From an uncultured Anaerolinea sp. (GTDB taxonomy: Bacteria > Chloroflexota > Anaerolineae > Anaerolineales > Villigracilaceae), in NCBI GenBank assembly GCA_964462245.1, contig CAYWXS010000012.1, positions 8,866 to 72,865 of the forward strand: DNA of 64,000 nucleotides, given 5' to 3'. Positions 16,173-24,119 of this stretch are shown here, in pieces; position 1 is the stretch's first letter; every line of letters begins with the position of its first letter. Made by a program: the position numbers and the translations under genes. Under the pieces are notes generated by a model. The model made no database searches, had not been told where the DNA came from, and saw only the letters and a list, made by a program, of their open reading frames with translations.

Positions 16173-18161
16173 ATGTTGACATTCATCGAGAAAATCTTGT
16201 TTGCAATTGCAGTGGGTGTATCTTTGTACTTCACATGGATGGGTATTCAGCGCATAATTAAAAACATCAATAGTGGCAAGGGTAAACCCGATTGGAAGAT
16301 GGTTGGTAAAAAGTTGGGCACTGCAGTTATTAATTTCCTCACTTTTCAGCCAGTTTTTCGTTTTCGGTTTATTCCAAGTCTTTTGCATGGCTTCATTGGC
16401 TGGGGTTTTATCACTTTTCTACTTATTAATCTGAGCGATTTAATTTATGCTTATTCAGGCTGGCGTTTATTAAATAATTTGGGGATTTTGGGTGACTTAT
16501 ATCGGTTATTGGCAGATGCCGTTAATGTACTAATTTTAGTGGGCATTATTGCGATGGTTGTACGGCGTTTTGTCCTGCGACCTGTCACTCTTTCCACACG
16601 TGCAGCTACCCTTCTCGATCCAAAGGCAAGAACAGGCATCAACCGAGATTCTGCCATTGTGGCAGGCTTTATCTTTTTGCATAATTCCGGACGTTTGCTG
16701 GGCGAATCCTTTAGTATTGCTTTACATGGACAAGTTGATACCTGGCAGCCAATCATTTCATCAGTGGCAAAATTGTGGATGGGTGTAAATCCAGCCGCTC
16801 TGGAAGTTGGCGAGCATCTTATGTTCTGGTTGTCCATTGGTGCGGTGGTGGCTTTTTTGCCTTATTTTCCTTATTCCAAACACCTGCATCTGTTTTTTGC
16901 ACCGATTAATTTCGCACTTAAACCTGAACGTAAATCAATTGGACAGCTGGATTATATAAATCTGGAAGATCAGTCCATTGAACAATTTGGTGCAGCTGTA
17001 GTGAAAGATCTTGGGTATGAACAAATTTTGGATTCCTATGCTTGTATCATGTGTTTTCGCTGTCAGGAGGTCTGCCCAGCTTACAATACGGGGAAGGTTC
17101 TTTCTCCTGCGGCGCTCGAGATCAATAAACGCTATAATTTTAATCATGGGGGTGGCGTTGAGAAGCCATTATTCGAGATCATTCCCGCAGAAGCTATTTG
17201 GGCCTGTACGTCTTGTGGAGCATGTGTGGATATTTGCCCGGTAGGTAATGAGCCAATGCGAGATATTCTGGATATTCGACGCAATCTCGCAATGATGGAG
17301 AGTGCATTTCCAAAGCAATTGGAAAATGCGTTCAAGGGTATGGAGAGAAACATGAACCCTTGGAATGTGCCGCAAGCTGATCGTATGAAATGGGCGCAGG
17401 GTTTGAGTGTGCCCACAATTGAGCAGAATCCGGCTCCGGAAATTTTATGGTGGGTGGGTTGCGCCCCGGCTACAGATGCCCGTGCTCAAAAAACCGCTCA
17501 GGCTTTTGCTAAAATTCTGAATGCAGCGGGTGTCAATTATGCTGTTTTGGGCAGGAATGAAACTTGTACGGGTGATTCTGCACGCCGGGCAGGGCGGGAG
17601 GATATATTCTTTGGTTTGGCGATGGGTAACGTGGAGCTATTGAATGAATTGAACCCAAAGCGCATTGTAACCACCTGCCCGCATTGTTTACATACTATAA
17701 AAAATGAATACCCGGCTTTTGGTGGAAACTATGAAGTAATCCACCATACACAATTGATCAATGAACTGGTTGGAATGGGTAAGTTGCAACTTGTAGAGGG
17801 CCCCGAAAGTCTGGCTGTGACTTTTCACGATCCTTGCTATCTTTCACGACACAACGGAATTACGGCTGCACCGCGTGATTTGTTGAGGAGCGCTGGATTA
17901 CTGACGGTGGAAATGCCCCGTAATTCGGCCAAATCATTTTGTTGTGGTGCCGGTGGTGCGCAAATGTGGAAAGAAGAAGAGCAGGGTACCAGTAGAGTTA
18001 ATTCAGTACGATTTGATGAAGCGAAAGCCACTGGCGCGGAAATTGTAGCTGTAGGCTGCCCTTTCTGCTTATCAATGATGTCAGACGCTGCCAAGGCTGA
18101 TAACAATTTGATTCAGGTTCAGGATGTGGCTGAACTGGTTTTGTCCCGCTTAAAATCCTGA
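16173..18161 (+). CDS. Fused membrane (NarI/DsrM/HmcE-like) plus HdrD/DsrK/HmcF-like Fe-S protein with CCG domains
   Basis: The N-terminal roughly 250 aa are polytopic with conserved His residues (LLHGFIGWGF, FLHNSG, SKHLHLFF). Two ferredoxin motifs follow: CIMCFRCQEVCP and CTSCGACVDICP. Cys-rich CCG-type motifs include TTCPHC, CCGAGG and GCPFC. Confidence 0.75.
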   Translation: MLTFIEKILFAIAVGVSLYFTWMGIQRIIKNINSGKGKPDWKMVGKKLGTAVINFLTFQPVFRFRFIPSLLHGFIGWGFITFLLINLSDLIYAYSGWRLLNNLGILGDLYRLLADAVNVLILVGIIAMVVRRFVLRPVTLSTRAATLLDPKARTGINRDSAIVAGFIFLHNSGRLLGESFSIALHGQVDTWQPIISSVAKLWMGVNPAALEVGEHLMFWLSIGAVVAFLPYFPYSKHLHLFFAPINFALKPERKSIGQLDYINLEDQSIEQFGAAVVKDLGYEQILDSYACIMCFRCQEVCPAYNTGKVLSPAALEINKRYNFNHGGGVEKPLFEIIPAEAIWACTSCGACVDICPVGNEPMRDILDIRRNLAMMESAFPKQLENAFKGMERNMNPWNVPQADRMKWAQGLSVPTIEQNPAPEILWWVGCAPATDARAQKTAQAFAKILNAAGVNYAVLGRNETCTGDSARRAGREDIFFGLAMGNVELLNELNPKRIVTTCPHCLHTIKNEYPAFGGNYEVIHHTQLINELVGMGKLQLVEGPESLAVTFHDPCYLSRHNGITAAPRDLLRSAGLLTVEMPRNSAKSFCCGAGGAQMWKEEEQGTSRVNSVRFDEAKATGAEIVAVGCPFCLSMMSDAAKADNNLIQVQDVAELVLSRLKS

Positions 18162-18277
18162 AATATTTTGTAACTGATGTGAAAATACCTGCTATTAAAA
18201 AGTGCACCAGAATTTGAGTCGATAAGATTATACATTTTTCCTGGTCTAGTGTAAAATTGATTATAAAACTAATGTCC

Positions 18278-18294
18278 CCGCCGCAAAGCGGCGG
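18278..18294 (+). promoter_or_regulatory. GC-rich hairpin in the ssb 5' leader
   Basis: CCGCCGC-aaa-GCGGCGG, located 30 nt upstream of the ssb start. Confidence 0.4.
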
Positions 18295-18323
18295 TACCTA
18301 AAACCACATAGGAGGAAATGCTC

Positions 18324-18746
18324 ATGTACCACACTTTGATTCTTGTAGGAAATGTTGGTCGCGACCCTGAAATGCGTTACACACCATCCGGCCAGGCAGT
18401 TACTTCGTTTTCGGTTGCTACAAGCCATAAATATACCGCCAACAGCGGTGAACAGGTTAAAGAAACCGTCTGGTTTCGCGTTACGACCTGGGGTAAACAG
18501 GCTGAGACCTGCAACCAGTATGTAAAAAAAGGTAGCAAGGTACTCGTTGAAGGTCGATTGACTGCTGATAATGCCACAGGTGGACCGAAGATTTGGAAGG
18601 CTCAGGATGGTACTCCCAGGGCTTCCTTTGAGGTGAGCGCCAGTAATGTGCGTTTCCTTTCCAGTCGAGGTGAAAACGAAGGCGGTGGTGGAGATATGGG
18701 TGGTGGATCCTTTGTTGGTGCACCAGATGAAGATATTCCCTTCTAA
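18324..18746 (+). CDS. ssb: Single-stranded DNA-binding protein
   Basis: OB-fold N-terminus LILVGNVGRDPEMRYTPSGQAVTSFSVA, a Gly-rich linker, and the acidic tip DEDIPF. GGAGG lies 8 nt before the ATG at 18324 and only 2 nt before the ATG at 18318. Confidence 0.92.
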   Translation: MYHTLILVGNVGRDPEMRYTPSGQAVTSFSVATSHKYTANSGEQVKETVWFRVTTWGKQAETCNQYVKKGSKVLVEGRLTADNATGGPKIWKAQDGTPRASFEVSASNVRFLSSRGENEGGGGDMGGGSFVGAPDEDIPF

Positions 18747-18753
18747 ATAGTCA

Positions 18754-18790
18754 GAAAGCCCTCGGAGATCGAACCTCTTCCGGGGGCTTT
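18754..18790 (+). terminator. Stem-loop after ssb (terminator or attenuator)
   Basis: AAAGCCCTCGGA pairs with TCCGGGGGCTTT (one G-U wobble), followed by TTTT. Confidence 0.6.
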
Positions 18791-18811
18791 TAATTTCAAA
18801 AAGGATATTGA

Positions 18812-19156
18812 ATGACAGTTCCCTCTGGACGTCCACAGCAAACTACATTGGAAGTCGCTGATGATATTAAACCGGTGTATTCCAATCTGGTGCGTATAGC
18901 TCATTCCCCTGCTGACCTTGTATTTGATTTTGCACATTTATTACCCGGCGAAACCAGGGCACGGGTTGGGGCTCGAATTCTAATGTCACCCTTGAGTGCC
19001 AAGCTGCTTTATCGGGCTCTGGGGGAGAATCTGGCACGTTATGAAGCTGCATTTGGCGAAATTACCATGCCGCGTTCTTCGCTGGCTGAACACTTGTTTA
19101 AACCATTTCAACAGCCACTTGATGGAACGGCACCGGACGAAGAAGGAAATTCATAG
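18812..19156 (+). CDS. DUF3467-like small protein
   Basis: The core YSNLVRIAHSPADLVFDFAHLLPGE...ARILMSPLSAKLLYRALGENLARYEAAFGEI matches my recollection of the DUF3467 pattern. Function is unknown. Confidence 0.5.
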   Translation: MTVPSGRPQQTTLEVADDIKPVYSNLVRIAHSPADLVFDFAHLLPGETRARVGARILMSPLSAKLLYRALGENLARYEAAFGEITMPRSSLAEHLFKPFQQPLDGTAPDEEGNS

Positions 19157-19840
19157 ATGGAATATTTGGACTCGATTTCTGAACTTATACGTCTCCAGTT
19201 TGATGCTCGAACAGCGGCACGTGATAAGGCCCTGACCCAGGCGCGAGCACTCACCCGATTTTGTTCTCAGGCCATTCGGGCTGTGCATCGTGATGATGAC
19301 GAAGGTATGCGTACCCAGTTAGCTGAAGCCCATAATATGGCGGATTCTTTGCGCCTGGCTGTTGCTGATTTTCCGGACTTGTATTATGCCGGATACACAC
19401 AGGATGCGCTTAAAGAATTTGTAGAAGCCAACGTGACCTGTGCCCTAATAAAGAATCAGTCTCTGATTGGTCCCAAGGAATTGGGTGTGGAATATAACAC
19501 CTACTTGAATGGCCTTTCTGAAGTTGTGGGTGAATTGCGCCGGCGCTGCCTGGACATACTGCGACATGGTTATTCAGCCGAAGCAGAGCGCCTATTGACT
19601 CATATGGATGATATATATGCTGTCCTGGTGACGATGGACTATCCAGATGCCATCACCAGTGGTTTGCGCCGCCAAACTGATATTGCACGCAGCATCATCG
19701 AGAAGACTCGTGGTGATATTACCTTTAGCTTGCGAGGTGAGCATCTTGAGCGAGCGATTGCGCGTTTGAGTGAACAAATGACGGGCGAATCTGGTCCAAA
19801 TGGCCCGATGTTAAGTCGTTCCGGTGGTGATGAAGAGTAA
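19157..19840 (+). CDS. Translin/TRAX-family protein
   Basis: 227 aa and all-helical. YLNGLSEVVGELRRRCLD aligns with the TRAX/translin segment ...GV.DLTGEL.R... The C-terminal GLRRQTDIARSIIEKTRGDITFSLRG resembles the translin C-terminus. Its ATG directly abuts the stop of the preceding gene. Confidence 0.55.
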   Translation: MEYLDSISELIRLQFDARTAARDKALTQARALTRFCSQAIRAVHRDDDEGMRTQLAEAHNMADSLRLAVADFPDLYYAGYTQDALKEFVEANVTCALIKNQSLIGPKELGVEYNTYLNGLSEVVGELRRRCLDILRHGYSAEAERLLTHMDDIYAVLVTMDYPDAITSGLRRQTDIARSIIEKTRGDITFSLRGEHLERAIARLSEQMTGESGPNGPMLSRSGGDEE

Positions 19841-19918
19841 ATTGAAGTAAATGGTTTTAGTAACCTATTTTACTGATCTACAAAAAAGCATAAATTAACC
19901 GCAATTGTTTTGTGAATT

Positions 19919-19941
19919 TTGTCACTACTAATAAGTGACAA
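19919..19941. promoter_or_regulatory. Palindrome TTGTCACT-N7-AGTGACAA just upstream of a candidate promoter
   Basis: Perfect 8-bp arms. The palindrome ends 6 nt before the -35 element at 19948. Confidence 0.35.
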
Positions 19942-19947
19942 ATAACT

Positions 19948-19976
19948 TTGTGATATTTTGAACAAAGTAGTATTAT
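19948..19976 (+). promoter_or_regulatory. Candidate sigma-70-type promoter (TTGTGA-17 nt-TATTAT)
   Basis: Hexamers at 19948-19953 and 19971-19976 with a 17-nt spacer, read from the sequence. Confidence 0.4.
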
Positions 19977-19982
19977 TAGGAC

Positions 19983-20070
19983 TGACAAATGGCAATTAAT
20001 TTGCACATCTTTGTCTCCTCCTTTGGCGAATGTCAGCACCGGGTCCTCCCCCCGGTGCTGACTGTTTTAA
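19983..20070 (+). ncRNA. Candidate small RNA of about 85 nt (promoter to intrinsic terminator) with a CU-rich anti-SD-like segment
   Basis: It lies between the candidate promoter and a 12-bp GC-rich hairpin (GTCAGCACCGGG 20032-20043 / CCCGGTGCTGAC 20051-20062) followed by TGTTTTAATT. It contains UCUCCUCCU (20014-20022). No plus-strand ORF is present, and the next gene is on the opposite strand. Confidence 0.35.
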
Positions 20071-20072
20071 TT

Positions 20073-20130
20073 GGTAGAACATAAAAAAACAGCCTGCTAA
20101 TTTATAGCGAGGCTGTTTTTATGTTCTACC
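20073..20130. terminator. Bidirectional terminator after lpdA, with about 21-bp extended inverted repeat
   Basis: GGTAGAACATAAAAAAACAGCCT pairs with AGGCTGTTTTTATGTTCTACC. On the minus strand, the CAGCCT/AGGCTG core is followed by a T-run 7 nt after the lpdA stop. Confidence 0.75.
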
Positions 20131-20136
20131 AATTAA

Positions 20137-21537
20137 CTAGATGTGGATTGGGCTTCCGATTGCTCCATGAGCAGCTTCCATGAGGGCTTCTGAAATGGTT
20201 GGATGGGCATGGACATTGCGTGCGATTTCTTCCGTGGTCAGTTCCATCATGTGTGCCAAAGTTAATTCGGGCAGGAGCTCAGTGACTTCTGGCCCGATCA
20301 TGTGCGCGCCGAGAATTTCGCCGTATTTTTCGTCAATCACCAGTTTGACCCATCCGGCGTAATCACCCAGTCCGAGGGCTTTACCGTTGGCCTGGAAAGG
20401 AAAACGTCCGATCTTTATAGTGTAACCGCGATCCTTTGCTTGAGCTTCGGTCAAACCAAAGGAGGCAACCTGAGGTTGGCAATAAGTGGCTCGTGGCATC
20501 ATTTCGTAATCCAGAGTAACGGTTTTATGACCGGCTATGTTTTCTGCACACACAATACCCATTGCTGATCCCACGTGTGCAAGCATTAATTTTCCAGTCA
20601 CATCTCCAATTGCCCAAATACCAGGGATATTGGTGGCCATTTTTTCATCAATTTCAACAAAACCTCGATCGCTGAGTTTTATCCCAATGTCTTCCAGTCC
20701 CAATCCCTTTGAGTTGGGGCGGAACCCGATCGCGACCAGAGCCTGATCTGCTTCCAGAACTTTGTTTTCGCCACCAGAAGAAACAGTTACGCGTACTCCA
20801 GTTTCTGTGGCTTCGACAGATTCAACCTTATGTCCAACCAGGGATTTAATCCCGCGTTTTTTGAAGGCTTTTTCCAGCTCTATACTGACTTCTACGTCTT
20901 CCAGCGGAACTATATGGGGTAGCATTTCTACAATGGTCACATCCACACCATATGAGTTCCATATGGTGGAAAACTCAACCCCAATCGCTCCAGAACCAAT
21001 CACTACCACCGATTTGGGTAATTTTTCCTGGAGGATAGCTTCCGAATAGGTGACAACTTTTTCACCGTCTACTTTCCAAGCCCCTGGTACTGCACTGCTG
21101 GCACCGGTGGCAACGATGATATTTTTTGCTTTTAGTTCTGTAACCTTGCCATCTTTATCGGTCACTGTCAGGCTGTCGTTTGCTGTGAGTTTGGCTGTGC
21201 CCATGTGGACAGTGATATTGTTCTTTTTCATCAGGAAGCCAACACCTTTTACCAGTCGGTCTGAAACCTGGCGACTACGTTTTGTGGCTACACTGAAATC
21301 CAACACAAGATTGTCGAATGAAAACCCAAATTCCTTACTGCGTTCACGCAGAGTGTGAGCAACTTCTGCATTGCGTAAAAGTGCCTTGGATGGGATGCAG
21401 CCAACATTCAAGCATACTCCACCCAGCCATTGTTTATCTACAATGGCAGTTTTTTGGCCCAATTGGGCTGCGCGGATGGCGGCGACGTATCCACCTGGTC
21501 CCGCACCGATAACTACGACATCATATTGATCGGCCAT
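20137..21537 (-). CDS. lpdA: Dihydrolipoyl dehydrogenase (E3)
   Basis: MADQYDVVVIGAGPGGYVAA. Redox disulfide GGVCLNVGCIPSK. GAGGAG lies upstream of the ATG at 21537. The track's longer N-terminus (to 21591) is not homologous to E3. Confidence 0.93.
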   Translation of the reverse strand: MADQYDVVVIGAGPGGYVAAIRAAQLGQKTAIVDKQWLGGVCLNVGCIPSKALLRNAEVAHTLRERSKEFGFSFDNLVLDFSVATKRSRQVSDRLVKGVGFLMKKNNITVHMGTAKLTANDSLTVTDKDGKVTELKAKNIIVATGASSAVPGAWKVDGEKVVTYSEAILQEKLPKSVVVIGSGAIGVEFSTIWNSYGVDVTIVEMLPHIVPLEDVEVSIELEKAFKKRGIKSLVGHKVESVEATETGVRVTVSSGGENKVLEADQALVAIGFRPNSKGLGLEDIGIKLSDRGFVEIDEKMATNIPGIWAIGDVTGKLMLAHVGSAMGIVCAENIAGHKTVTLDYEMMPRATYCQPQVASFGLTEAQAKDRGYTIKIGRFPFQANGKALGLGDYAGWVKLVIDEKYGEILGAHMIGPEVTELLPELTLAHMMELTTEEIARNVHAHPTISEALMEAAHGAIGSPIHI

Positions 21538-21685
21538 GCGAATCTCCTCATTTAGAAAGCCGGGATATTCCCGATGATAAGTTAGAAACAAACAAAATGA
21601 TTTTACTACGTCATTTCGCGCAGGGGTTGGTTAGCAGGCAGGACTCTTGCATTGCTATAATAATATTACAGAAATGCTCTTTTCA

Positions 21686-22156
21686 CTAAATCCACCGTCT
21701 TACTTTTTGCAGGTAATCCAAGTATATTTGCCCGAATTTGTGCGTCAAGTATGTTTCTTCCCGTTCGATGATCAGGCGGTTATAGGCGTCCAGAACCATG
21801 GGAGAAAGAATCAGGCCCCAATAAGTGCCTAGGATTAATGGTATCCCAATAACCTGCGCCACATATCCAAGATAGATGGGGTTGCGTGAGAACTGGTAAG
21901 GTCCGCTCGTCGCGATCTGAGTTGTGGGTGTGCCAGGGTTCACGGAGGTATGTACCTGTTGCATGGCGCGCAATGCAGAAAAAACTAAACCCAGACCGCA
22001 GAGAATAATTATCCAGCCAATCAGTGTCATCCAAAAAGGGAAAGGGATGGGGATTGGCAGTTTCCAGCCAAACGCAAGAGCCACTCCCAAAAAAATTATC
22101 ATCAAGTATGGCGGATGTATTGGCAACCTGACAGTATCTTTGACATCTTTTGTCAT
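21686..22156 (-). CDS. Membrane methyltransferase of the isoprenylcysteine carboxyl / phospholipid methyltransferase family
   Basis: Polytopic 156-aa protein with SGPYQFSRNPIYLGYV and C-terminal EREETYLTHKFGQIYLDYLQKVRRWI, typical of the ICMT/PEMT family. Confidence 0.7.
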   Translation of the reverse strand: MTKDVKDTVRLPIHPPYLMIIFLGVALAFGWKLPIPIPFPFWMTLIGWIIILCGLGLVFSALRAMQQVHTSVNPGTPTTQIATSGPYQFSRNPIYLGYVAQVIGIPLILGTYWGLILSPMVLDAYNRLIIEREETYLTHKFGQIYLDYLQKVRRWI

Positions 22157-22195
22157 CGGATTTTCCCGGACTATTTTTGAGAATACCTGTTTAAC

Positions 22196-22816
22196 TCAGT
22201 TTTTTAATTGCGCTGTCAATAAAAAGACCGGAAAGGTTTTTTCCTTTCCATCGATTAATTTGCGAACACCGAAGGCGGGAGTATATTGCACATCCATAAA
22301 GCCAGCCATTTCCACTTGAAGTTGTAGAGTTGAACGATCAAATCCAAGATGTACATCAGTTATGGTTGGCCCATGAAATGAGCCATCTTCTTTTTCCAAA
22401 TCCGCAATGCATAGAAATCCACCGGGATTTAAGAGTGTTCTGAAGTACTTCAAAGTGTCATTTGTTTCTGGTAGGTGGTGGAGTGTTAGCAATGAGTAGA
22501 TGATATCAAAGTGCGCTGCCGATGCTGGTTGAAAATCTGCATTTACCAGTAGCGGATGCATATTATCCACCCCTGAGCTCTTTATTTTTTCGGTCAGAAC
22601 CTCCAGCATACCAGGTGAAGTGTCTGCCAGAGTGATCGAAGCAAAATCCTGATGTAGTGCAAAACTTAGCAGACCTGTCCCGCACCCGTATTCAAGAGCG
22701 CTCATACCGGCTTTGATTAGCTTTTTGCTCCGGATGACATTGGCCACTATTTGCGCTCGTTCCACTTTGGCAGGATCAGAATCCCATTGCTTGGCACGTT
22801 CATCGAAATGATTCAT
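22196..22816 (-). CDS. Class I SAM-dependent methyltransferase
   Basis: Motif I ALEYGCGTGLLS, 206 aa. Confidence 0.8.
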   Translation of the reverse strand: MNHFDERAKQWDSDPAKVERAQIVANVIRSKKLIKAGMSALEYGCGTGLLSFALHQDFASITLADTSPGMLEVLTEKIKSSGVDNMHPLLVNADFQPASAAHFDIIYSLLTLHHLPETNDTLKYFRTLLNPGGFLCIADLEKEDGSFHGPTITDVHLGFDRSTLQLQVEMAGFMDVQYTPAFGVRKLIDGKEKTFPVFLLTAQLKN

Positions 22817-22819
22817 GAG

Positions 22820-24049
22820 TTATTTCCAGTTTTCCAAGGTATCTTTAATTTTGGAGAGAAACCAATCGGCTGAGGCACCGTCCAGTATGCGATGATCGAA
22901 AACAAAGGATAAATAAACCATCGGTAAAATGGCGATGGCATCATTGCCATTGGAATCTGTCACAACCATTGCGCGTTTTTTTAAGGCTCCAACGCCAAGA
23001 ATACCACATTGGGGTTGATTAATGATGGGCATAGCGATCAGGGAACCACTTACTCCGTGATTTGTCAGGGTAAATGTACCACCTTTAACCTCATCAGGCA
23101 TTAATTTTCGTGCGCGGGCACGTGCTGAAAGGTCATTGATAGCTCTTGCCATTTCGGAAAGTGAAAGAAGATTTGCATGTTTGATGACGGGGACGATTAA
23201 ACCGGCATCGCCGAGAGAGGTGGCCATGCCCAGGTGAATGTCATTATGCACCGTTAGTCCATCGTCTCTCCAGGATGAGTTGACAAGGGGGAAAGCTTGT
23301 AGACCTGCTGTTATGGCAGACATGAAATAGGCTGTGAAGGTTAGGTTAATACCCTCAAGTATAAATTGAGCTTTGTTTACTGTACGGTGTGCCACTACGC
23401 GTGATAAATCCACTTCCATGACAGTTAACACATGTGGAGAGGTTTGTTTGGATGCCAGCATATGTTCCGCGATGGATTTTCGCATCAGGCTGTGTTTTAT
23501 GAAAGTGTCACCGGTGGAGAGATTATGTTCTGGTCCTAAGGGCTGTGGTTTGACATTGTTGCCTTGCTGTATTTTTCTGTTCTGGATAAAGGCCAGCATG
23601 TCATTCTTGGTAATCCGTCCTCCCAGGCCAGAGCCTACTAAGTTCTGCAAGTCAATGTCATACTCGCTGGACATTTTGGCAACTACTGGTGAAATAAATC
23701 CTATATCGTGCTGTGCAGAGTTTGGGGTTCGATTTGCATAAGGCAGGCTTGGTTGGTTTTTTATATGCGGCTGTTGTGTGGTTTGTTCTGGCGAGCTTTC
23801 CACGGCTTCACCAGGTTGCCCGATCACTGCCAATAAATCGCCGACATGGGCTGTCATGCCCTCAGGGATGGCAATGGTCAATATTAACCCAGCAATGGGA
23901 GCTGGAATTTCGGTATCTACTTTATCGGTGTTGACTTCCAAAAGTGGTTCTAGATCGTTCACCCATTCGCCAACAATTTTTAGCCATTTGGTGACGGTTA
24001 CTTCTTCAACGCCTTCGCCAAGTCTTGGAACAAGCACGTTTGTAGTCAT
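22820..24049 (-). CDS. Dihydrolipoamide acyltransferase (E2) of a 2-oxoacid dehydrogenase complex
   Basis: Lipoyl motif EVNTDKVDTEIPAP, a subunit-binding segment ISPVVAKMSSEYDIDLQNLVGSGLGGRITKND, and the catalytic motif DHRILDGA. Confidence 0.92.
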   Translation of the reverse strand: MTTNVLVPRLGEGVEEVTVTKWLKIVGEWVNDLEPLLEVNTDKVDTEIPAPIAGLILTIAIPEGMTAHVGDLLAVIGQPGEAVESSPEQTTQQPHIKNQPSLPYANRTPNSAQHDIGFISPVVAKMSSEYDIDLQNLVGSGLGGRITKNDMLAFIQNRKIQQGNNVKPQPLGPEHNLSTGDTFIKHSLMRKSIAEHMLASKQTSPHVLTVMEVDLSRVVAHRTVNKAQFILEGINLTFTAYFMSAITAGLQAFPLVNSSWRDDGLTVHNDIHLGMATSLGDAGLIVPVIKHANLLSLSEMARAINDLSARARARKLMPDEVKGGTFTLTNHGVSGSLIAMPIINQPQCGILGVGALKKRAMVVTDSNGNDAIAILPMVYLSFVFDHRILDGASADWFLSKIKDTLENWK

Positions 24050-24119
24050 GGGTATGCCTCTGTATATTTATTTCAAGTTGCCTGAATAATTCGTGTTATT
24101 TCCATGAGAAAAGCGTGGA

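Noticed and set aside
19982-19992. Identical 11-mer CTGACAAATGG at 19982-19992 and 26691-26701, plus scattered TGACA-containing words in several intergenic regions, considered as a shared regulator motif
   Set aside because: Exact 11-mer repeats are expected many times by chance in 64 kb. The surrounding sequence does not align, and the half-site is too short to be meaningful without genome-wide statistics.
19976-20008. Minus-strand mini-ORF MCKLIAICQS preceded by AGGAGGAGA
   Set aside because: It is only 10 codons long and has no promoter evidence on that strand. The apparent SD is the complement of the CU-rich segment of the plus-strand sRNA candidate, which has both a promoter and a terminator. 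It is kept only as an alternative reading.
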